DNA of 64,000 nucleotides from a virus: positions 1 to 64,000 of IMG/VR virus record IMGVR_UViG_3300020442_003949; one strand, written 5' to 3'. The notes beneath the pieces were generated by a model. That model was not told where the DNA came from. It made no database searches and was given only the letters and a program-made list of their open reading frames with translations. A program made the position numbers and the translations under genes. Shown one piece after another: positions 58,301 through 64,000 of this stretch; the first letter of the stretch is position 1; every line of letters starts with the position of its first letter.

Positions 58301-61300
58301 ATATACAGCAGGATCATAATACGATTTATAAGTGATATTTTGGTCAGCTGATCCAGGAATTTTTCCTTGTAACGGATCAATATAATCTAGATTGTATAAA
58401 AACTCATTATTCTTTTTATTGTAAACTAGAATTTTTTTAATTTTATTCAAATCCGGTACAAATTTTGGTTTATTATATTCTATCCATAACTCGTTAACAT
58501 CTTTTCTAAATTCTACAATCTTACCAATTTTAATATCACTTGATTCTATTGTTTTTGCTGTAGGTAAATTAACATATAAAGAATTTCCACTTGAATTGAA
58601 ATTTATTCCTATTTCATACACCTTTGAATCTATATTTTCATATGAAAATTTTTCTCTATAAATAAACTGATCATACAAATTATAATATACATAAATTTCT
58701 CCAACATTTACATTTGTATATTTAAATGTGGTAAAATTATTATCAAATGTTGTTAAAATATTGTCAAATGTTGTTTGCTGAGTAAATTTTCCATTGTATG
58801 CTGTAATAAAAAGTATATTGTTATGTAACAACACATTATACCCAAATTTTTGCAGTGTGACTGATTTAGGACTAGTAATTGTTTGATCTAATTCAAATTT
58901 TTGATTTTTTAACTTGTATACGTATACGCTACCGTCATCAAAATTATTATTATCATCAAGAGACAGTCCTACAACAAAGATTGATCCGTCATCGTTAATT
59001 GACAATCTATCTGCAAAATTTGTGTTTGCTTTAGGTGCAACAATATTTTGCATCCATCTATAAAATCCATCCTGTAATCTATAAACTGCTATAGAATTCG
59101 TAATATCTGTATTATATTTCACTTGAACAATTAAAACTTCCCCATCTGCACTGACAGCAAATGTTCTTGCAAAATCATACATGCCATCAGCAGGAATTGT
59201 GCTTATGTCTGCACTATCAAAAGTAACTAAAAAATCATTCATGTTATTTGGTATACATCCACTATAATCTATTAGTTGATTTATTAATTGCCAAAAATTA
59301 TTATTTGCTGGAGATATTCCTTCTTGTAAATTTGTCCTTGCAACATAAAAACTGTTTTCAAAATACACTATATCATTTGTAAAATAAATTACAGATTCGT
59401 TATAAGGTCCACGATATTTTTTATTCCTTGCTAAATCCCAATTATATTGCAAACCGTCTATTTCTCCAAATTTATAAAAATACATTTTACCAGGATATGT
59501 TTCGGAATTAGTTTCATCTGCAGCTAAAAAATAACCTGTATATATATTATTATTTTGCCTTACTTGCACTTGCTGTCCAAAATAATGATTATTTCTACTA
59601 TCAGGACTTACTAACGTCTTTTGATGCAGATAATTTGTCCCAAATTTCTCAAAGACATAAACACTACCTTCATTGTTATATAAACTAGGAATTCCTGTTG
59701 TATCTACAGGAATAGAGAATAGTTCTTGCCAAGATACACTTGTATTCGACGGAATATTAGGTAATTTTGATATTCCTTGCACCTGCTCTGTTGTGTACAC
59801 CCAATATTCTTCACCTATAATTTCTTTTTGTTGTAATCCAGTTTCTTGACTTATAACAATTGGCAAATTTCCAAATGTTTCGAATATTGCAAGTTTGCCT
59901 ACACTTGTTAATGTATCATTTGCTAAATTTACTTGTTGAGATACTCCAAATTCCCTCACTGCTGCATATATATTTTCTCTACCAAAATAATCATTTTGAT
60001 TTGCAATTGGTAACATTTCTAGTAATGAATCATTTTGACTCCATTCGCCTTGTACATTATCTACATAAACAGTTACATTATTATTTGTATTTCTTTGAAC
60101 ATACATGACTTCTGCAGTGTTTGTTGTTCCTACTTCTCTAATAATTTGACCTTGCCCAGAACCATTTACAACTAGGTTACCTGTTCCATCTTCTTCATAT
60201 TTTGCAACTAGTAGATAAGGTAATCCTTCTGCAAACCTATTTTCATTATAGATAATGTAACCATCCCACAGATTCCAAATTGTTTTTTGTTCACTGCCTT
60301 CCATTAAATCATCTGTACTAAAACCTATTGATTGTATCGAAGTATATATATTTTCTACTACATTATCTACAGGCCTTGCAAAAATTTCTCCACTTATGCT
60401 TCCTATTAATTCGTCTAGGAAATTAAATTCATTCCCATCATAATTTTTACTATAGTATTGAATTTGAATTTCATAGATAGGATTTGTAATGTCTATGCTA
60501 TCATCAGCAACTTTAACCGTATTAGAAAACACAACAGCACTTGCTTGCTCATTATTTCGCTGTTTTAAAGTTTCTCCTACGAATACTTCTGGCGGAAGAG
60601 AAAATCTTGTGTTTCGCACCCGTAGTATAGAAACTGTTTTTGCTAGCTTATTAAATTGTAGCTTGCACACATCTCCTTGATTAGAATAATCACTCATTTC
60701 TTTAGGCAACCGTAGCCCAAAATAACTTAAAGGGGCAGTTTTTGCGCTGTATACGCCTGCTGGACTGATGCTTGTGCCATTATAACTGAGCGACCTAATT
60801 AAACTTGGTTCACCGCTTATTCCTTTATCTTCATATATAGTATCATTTAAAATATTATAATAAATCCTGTCTTTTACAGGATTATTTGTTGTTCTTATTT
60901 CACTAATTATTAAACCTTTTGCAGTATAATCAGTGTCTGCATACACGTAATATTCAGGAGTAGTAATTGCAATGTAACCTTCAAAATAATTATCATTGAT
61001 AGTTTGTCTTACAAATTGCCCAATTGTTGTAATACCTACTGACAGAATTCCTTGCTCTGCAAATTCTCCTGCAACATCAGCCAAATAGAGTATAAAACTA
61101 TTAGAAGCTTCAGGTAAAGAATATAGATATACAACGGTCCCTAGAGCAGTTTCTGAAGATAAAACCTGTCCAATTTCGGGAGTAGCTGCTGCGTTATCTA
61201 CCGTAACAATTTCTTGAAACTTAAAATCAATAGCATGGTCTTTACTAATAAATTCACTCCATAATTGATTATTATCTACAAATACTGTCTGATCGTTAAA

Positions 61301-64000
61301 TGGCTCTGTAGGTAATAATTCTAATTGAGTTTGATTAGCATTGGTTAATTTATTCCAATACAAAGAAATAGAATTACCAGATTCTATTGCTTCATACAAG
61401 TCTTTAGATACACGTACAAGTAATTGCGTAGTAGTGACAGGTGTTTCCTGTGCTTTATAAGACAACGGATAGTTGCCAGTAAGTATAATCAGAGGCTGTT
61501 CAGAATCCTCGTAAATTAAATTATTGTCAATTAAAAAATCTACTGTTGAAAAATATGGATCAACAACTGTAAACGGTTCATACTTATTGATATCGACAAG
61601 AGCTTGCCATGTAAGGCTGTTATATGTTACAATATCTCCTTGTGTATAGTCTACATCTTGGCTGTATTCACCTTTATTTCTAGTCATAATATTGCTAGCA
61701 TTTGGTGCACCTACTACCAAAATCCTACCATCTGCGGATAAATCTACACTACTGCCGAATTTTTTTGGATTCAAAGATTTGGCAAATTCTATAACTAAAG
61801 TAGAATTATTTGGTAATGCATCAGACCCGTTAAATATAATTTTATTTTCTGCAACATTAATTTCATAATAGATCTTTAAATCAGCAGATAATTCTTCGTA
61901 CTCTTCAATAGGATCAATCTTTATAGCATTTATATAAACAACTTGGATATTTTGCACATTATTCATTACCCTTGTTGCCCAATCCTCTGAACTATATCCT
62001 GTTGGCTCATCTAAACTAAATTCGGTCAAATTTGATGTGTTTAATTGAAACTGAATTGGAGATTCAGGAAGCAAAATTTTCAAAAGTGTCCATTTATTGC
62101 TTATACTAGGCCGAGAATACACGTAAACTTTACCATCTCCGTCGTCAGGTGCCCCAACTGCCATATAATTATTATTTTTGTTTACCGCTACTGATTTTGA
62201 AAAATTTGTAAAATTATTATTAGCACTAACAACATTTTTTGTAAATTCGTAATTACTATAAGGTTGTAATACTCGCCATTCTCCATTACCGATATCATCT
62301 ACCCAAAATTTGTTTTTTATAGAAGATTCAAAGCTATTAATAACATCAGTCAAACCATCTAAATTAGGTATCCTTACAGATTTTAAAACTGTAAAAAACC
62401 CTTCAAAAATATCTGCAGTTTCTTTTTTAACTACATCTACAACCTCTTCTGCAGCACTTAACGTAATTTGCGAATGAAAAATATCTATAATTTCAAAAAA
62501 TCCTTTTACAGAACTTTTAACAAATTGTGTTTCTGCAGTTGAATCTTTAGCTGTATAAGATCTTCCTAAAATATTTTCTATACCAATAATTTCTCCTATT
62601 ACTAAATCTTTTGGTATGCTTGCTAGCTCTAATATAATACTTGTTAAAGATCCTTCAATAGTTTTTATGTTTTTAATTTCTATATCATGCTTTACATATG
62701 AATATACATTCCATGAGTCTCCTACTGAACCTATCCAAATTAAATCGTTAGAATTGTATTCTTCAATATTTTCATTTAATAAGTCTGCATATTGAACTAA
62801 GGTATGATTTACATCATTCACACTTACATACCCTGCATGATTGAACACTGTGCTTTTAGGTAAAAATGTAGGAAATATATCATTAGTAAAATTCTCATCT
62901 TTATTATAAATCTTGTAATCAGGTATTCTTAAAATTAAATCAGTTTCTTTTCCAGTTATATTATTAGTTAAAATGACAGGTTGTGGGTTAAGTTTAATTT
63001 TTGATTCATCTATAACAACATCAAATTCTGCATAAGTTCGATAATGGCCATATATCCCTGTTCTTACTCCCCACTCTTCGTAAAATTCAAAACTGTCTTT
63101 ATCTGCGCTTGACAAAACATCAAATAACTTTGAAAAGGCATTTTTTGTACCTTTATCTTGAATGTATCCTTGATAAAATTTGTACTGACTAACTTCATTA
63201 TTAATAATGTTTTCTAAATACTTCCTTTTTTGATATCCTATTAAATGTTGTGCTAATTTTTGTTGCTCAACATTTAAACTATCACTGTCTAAATCATAAA
63301 AATCTTTAAACTGATCAACATGATAATCAAAATTAGTATATAATTTAGATTCTGGAATATCTGTAATTTTTTTCCATATATTAAAATCAAAAATGTCAGA
63401 TCCATTTATCTTTGATTTGGCAGAATAATAAAATTCTTTATATTTTACAACCTGCCCAGTGTAATAATCATTCCAAGCCTTCCATTCAGTTATTTCTGCT
63501 TTGTCATAAAAAAATCCTGGAATATTAAGAGATCCGTTCCAATTTGCTGTTTTATACCCTGCTATTCGTATTCTTTCTTGCCTATAACCCGGTTCTTGAT
63601 CATAAATAACATCGTTAAAAACTGTTGTGTTATCTATCAAAACTGCATGTTCTTTGTATATTAATGGAATTCTTATAAAATAAATACCTGCTGCTGTGTT
63701 TACAGTGTTAATTTGAAAAATATTTGTAAAATCTCTATAAAATTTTAAATTATCTTTTGGTATGTACGTACCATCAGCTTTTAGAACACTATAACCTATT
63801 GAAGAATTTAATGTATTGCCAACAAAAGCTTTTGTATTAGTGTACGTTATCTTATCTGCTCCTGGACTTAAAGTTATTAATGATCCTTTTTTCCAATTTT
63901 GTGTTACCCAAAATAAAAATTGTTTTACCGAGAAAAGCCAATCTGCTACATCATATTGGTCTTCGACAAAATGATCAAATGTAAAACCTAAAGATTGTAA
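52331..64000 (-). CDS. Giant virion structural protein (baseplate/tail-associated), 5' end beyond window, >3,889 aa
   Basis: Manual translation shows the frame stays open from 63640 to 64000; FG-GAP-like repeats, V.V..GG.GY repeats, ADG...F.L repeats, ERIEY...LRRGTLGT. Confidence 0.8.
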   Translation of the reverse strand, partial: LQSLGFTFDHFVEDQYDVADWLFSVKQFLFWVTQNWKKGSLITLSPGADKITYTNTKAFVGNTLNSSIGYSVLKADGTYIPKDNLKFYRDFTNIFQINTVNTAAGIYFIRIPLIYKEHAVLIDNTTVFNDVIYDQEPGYRQERIRIAGYKTANWNGSLNIPGFFYDKAEITEWKAWNDYYTGQVVKYKEFYYSAKSKINGSDIFDFNIWKKITDIPESKLYTNFDYHVDQFKDFYDLDSDSLNVEQQKLAQHLIGYQKRKYLENIINNEVSQYKFYQGYIQDKGTKNAFSKLFDVLSSADKDSFEFYEEWGVRTGIYGHYRTYAEFDVVIDESKIKLNPQPVILTNNITGKETDLILRIPDYKIYNKDENFTNDIFPTFLPKSTVFNHAGYVSVNDVNHTLVQYADLLNENIEEYNSNDLIWIGSVGDSWNVYSYVKHDIEIKNIKTIEGSLTSIILELASIPKDLVIGEIIGIENILGRSYTAKDSTAETQFVKSSVKGFFEIIDIFHSQITLSAAEEVVDVVKKETADIFEGFFTVLKSVRIPNLDGLTDVINSFESSIKNKFWVDDIGNGEWRVLQPYSNYEFTKNVVSANNNFTNFSKSVAVNKNNNYMAVGAPDDGDGKVYVYSRPSISNKWTLLKILLPESPIQFQLNTSNLTEFSLDEPTGYSSEDWATRVMNNVQNIQVVYINAIKIDPIEEYEELSADLKIYYEINVAENKIIFNGSDALPNNSTLVIEFAKSLNPKKFGSSVDLSADGRILVVGAPNASNIMTRNKGEYSQDVDYTQGDIVTYNSLTWQALVDINKYEPFTVVDPYFSTVDFLIDNNLIYEDSEQPLIILTGNYPLSYKAQETPVTTTQLLVRVSKDLYEAIESGNSISLYWNKLTNANQTQLELLPTEPFNDQTVFVDNNQLWSEFISKDHAIDFKFQEIVTVDNAAATPEIGQVLSSETALGTVVYLYSLPEASNSFILYLADVAGEFAEQGILSVGITTIGQFVRQTINDNYFEGYIAITTPEYYVYADTDYTAKGLIISEIRTTNNPVKDRIYYNILNDTIYEDKGISGEPSLIRSLSYNGTSISPAGVYSAKTAPLSYFGLRLPKEMSDYSNQGDVCKLQFNKLAKTVSILRVRNTRFSLPPEVFVGETLKQRNNEQASAVVFSNTVKVADDSIDITNPIYEIQIQYYSKNYDGNEFNFLDELIGSISGEIFARPVDNVVENIYTSIQSIGFSTDDLMEGSEQKTIWNLWDGYIIYNENRFAEGLPYLLVAKYEEDGTGNLVVNGSGQGQIIREVGTTNTAEVMYVQRNTNNNVTVYVDNVQGEWSQNDSLLEMLPIANQNDYFGRENIYAAVREFGVSQQVNLANDTLTSVGKLAIFETFGNLPIVISQETGLQQKEIIGEEYWVYTTEQVQGISKLPNIPSNTSVSWQELFSIPVDTTGIPSLYNNEGSVYVFEKFGTNYLHQKTLVSPDSRNNHYFGQQVQVRQNNNIYTGYFLAADETNSETYPGKMYFYKFGEIDGLQYNWDLARNKKYRGPYNESVIYFTNDIVYFENSFYVARTNLQEGISPANNNFWQLINQLIDYSGCIPNNMNDFLVTFDSADISTIPADGMYDFARTFAVSADGEVLIVQVKYNTDITNSIAVYRLQDGFYRWMQNIVAPKANTNFADRLSINDDGSIFVVGLSLDDNNNFDDGSVYVYKLKNQKFELDQTITSPKSVTLQKFGYNVLLHNNILFITAYNGKFTQQTTFDNILTTFDNNFTTFKYTNVNVGEIYVYYNLYDQFIYREKFSYENIDSKVYEIGINFNSSGNSLYVNLPTAKTIESSDIKIGKIVEFRKDVNELWIEYNKPKFVPDLNKIKKILVYNKKNNEFLYNLDYIDPLQGKIPGSADQNITYKSYYDPAVYTVGTNNQVVDTGASWGTEYIGKIWWDLTNVRYYYPYINDITYSALNWGRLWPNSTIDIYEWVGSNFLPAEWDALQGTSEGFSLNITGQTKYGNASYSTQRVYDTTSQSYVLRYFYWVKNKTSIPSIDGRNLSADKISNLLGNTLTQGYKFISLISANEFSLYNLQNDFVNDEVAVSFQTYDEVTDLNTHYQYKLLTSGLATSQPNEQLNQKWIDSLVGYDLYGRNVPDPSLSEKYRYGNLDTPRQGWFRNKQEALKQYVEHVNQDLAKELLVDNKNLQNFYRVDDPPLLTSNFYDIEVESKSDLDSYGVAKAVQAEISLQIENGHIIDVFVLNAGRGYITTPTYAVIGKGEGLELEFIMTSNGSIGSVNIINQGKNYSDSTYIIIRKFTALVAADETIFGKWALYERDYNNNSWIRIQSQGFNTTLYWYFIDWYAAGYNEATKVTHSIDYSYELSSVDDNIGDIVRIRNIGDGSWLLLEKINSLANVDYSVNYKTIGRNNGTIQLSRSLYDPTFATTNFDTISFDTYFYDNIPSIEIRIIANAIKDDIFIDDLAIKYNNLFFSCLRYILSEQPSVDWIFKTNFLKIKHNVGELRQDVTFNNDNLSSYEDYVNEIKPFKAKIREFLSAYDKIEDVASYISDFDLPPRYIETENKILPYKITTNNLGFYNAEQIQNYPDIGWLNNCTYQVVSVEVVDGGAGYGIPPSIEFESSTGAGAVAVAHLGANGSITRVDIINPGYGYLSAPRIVINGSFADGYSAKLAVVIGNPIIRSLQTNLKYDRISTTFAFSDLDTVETFIGSGSKYIFNLQWPISINKNTINVTVDGKDLLTTDYTYTNYLDKSKSYNRYLGQITLLNPAPNFTTIQVSYKKDTNLLNAADRINLLYTPYVGQFGNDISQLMDGVDYGGVEVKGFDFGNQSGWDTANYTEAAYDTYDINYEDVLYTVPNNLLLITVTGFNYKVAINYINFAKEVNKLVKGDPTVADIFLEIFNKNSVGEPLADPLDGSSILNVLDEVIDIVDEEGISDAVPRVTFNSANEIQKYGLGNSESETASNNIENQIIPLFNQCTAGQITELISAKILDELYIDFRYPLENGIIYNIYHNNLRIDDINYNDENISNTNPNAVTNSITGDGVLNGILVRDLNIQPEVGDKIIIRKITSDGSFIPTDLDFDALVGGGKLNYSNALGVNAEDIIIDGDNFITPLTSKGPEEQVPGLVQDSVNIKVYERPTPGISNIVSLNYIADGQQNSFSLLEYPISVDSVIVNVDNKIKTVAVDYNVNVEGKLIEFTNTLPQNSRINILILGSSGSNILDTDNIVADGTLGSYITNARWVDNVSSYVTVNGQHLDYVLKKTDSELYDSSNNVLIKFANPVSEGSIIHYKIFENSQNNFSNVHIDNFVADGSSTAFELTKIPKQQEPVEWYTMVIVNDKLLNPGYVETFVCTDVLEYQLKLYQVPISTVSFKQLRVFLNTVELNYLTQWTFTAAESIDPTLPDDQQSGSTIVLKRGIFSAGDTLRVYINAYEDSVDSGGDYRYGYFDQGDFISTPGQLHIHTPLSNGDNIKVYQFTNHDTQSIDWQSFDVIERTKLLPGVSDRYATVIVGNTNIIELPFEMNANAQYAIYKNNVRIDDENFATPYQSNPLAVIQTPFGLGSNIIDLGLLGITSNEDDVIVFEEIGRQLEIGETAENYYELRFLRNGIVPLNQPAIDDQYVWVAVNGVILQSSIDYKLSDNKLQVILTDPVNDNDNIQTIHFSDTRFKNTFGWSQFKDIMNKNHYTVLNGQLNIKLANDLNWYDKTIEITNGEGLPSPNEQSKYPGVIFIAGERIEYWKRYGNTLTHLRRGTLGTGVKHLYNKGIEVYDQSVSSILPYKDETIITKFTADGQNKEFVLDFTPASVNEFEVFVAGRRLRKTELESYQNNQSMDSPESDVTLPAEFSLDENILQLEFVPAKGQIINVIRRIGKTWTDKGVPLSETDNRIVKKIQSVVADLPR

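Larger units (their letters stand above)
1..64000. mobile_element. Segment of a large tailed bacteriophage genome (jumbo/myovirus-like)
   Basis: Tail-collar and fibre genes, a giant virion ORF, T4-like RNase H, TATAAATA motifs, long co-oriented blocks of abutting genes and isolated host-like metabolic genes; no ribosomal or housekeeping operons. Confidence 0.9.

Noticed and set aside
37-60680. Many short ORFs antisense to or nested in larger genes (e.g. 1594-1914, 8399-8602, 50694-51233)
   Set aside because: Shadows of well-supported genes; no motifs or RBS recognised
1-64000. Alternative genetic code, as in some large phages
   Set aside because: The standard code already gives near-complete gene packing with intact enzymes
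1-64000. tRNA/rRNA genes, integrase, transposase, inteins, DGR
   Set aside because: None recognised; intergenic gaps are too short for structured RNA genes; a formal scan was not possible

Overview
This window looks like 64 kb of an AT-rich, large tailed (myovirus/jumbo-type) bacteriophage genome. Support: T4-like RNase H, tail-collar and fibre genes, a giant virion protein, TATAAATA late-promoter motifs, and no rRNA, tRNA or housekeeping operons. It has three blocks. (1) + strand, 1-13.8 kb: auxiliary metabolic genes (purT fragment, sbmA/bacA, BMP-family binding protein, IPNS-like 2OG oxygenase, folE, queE, rpe), RNase H, a MoxR-AAA/VWA-metallopeptidase pair with sigma70-type promoters, small hypotheticals and a repeat-rich fibre gene. 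(2) - strand, 13.8-45 kb: a tightly packed ~31 kb enzyme cluster. It holds ten radical SAM proteins (nine SPASM/Twitch-type in three paralogue families, one B12-binding), five Fe(II)/2OG-type oxygenases, about six glycosyltransferase-like proteins, a UDP-glucose dehydrogenase, two methyltransferases, and a sulfotransferase, kinase, SDR, nitroreductase, QueC-like ATP pyrophosphatase and fatty-acid desaturase. (3) - strand, 45-64 kb: virion genes, including a >3,889-aa protein that runs off the window edge. The best candidate for an undescribed system is block 2, a phage biosynthetic cluster immediately downstream of the tail genes behind a late-promoter motif, possibly decorating the virion. 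Fine-scale signals include a T9 frameshift that splits the QueC-like gene, a duplicated gene junction around the kinase gene, an HxN-type TauD and a CX3CX42C QueE. All family calls come from motif recognition by eye, not database searches.
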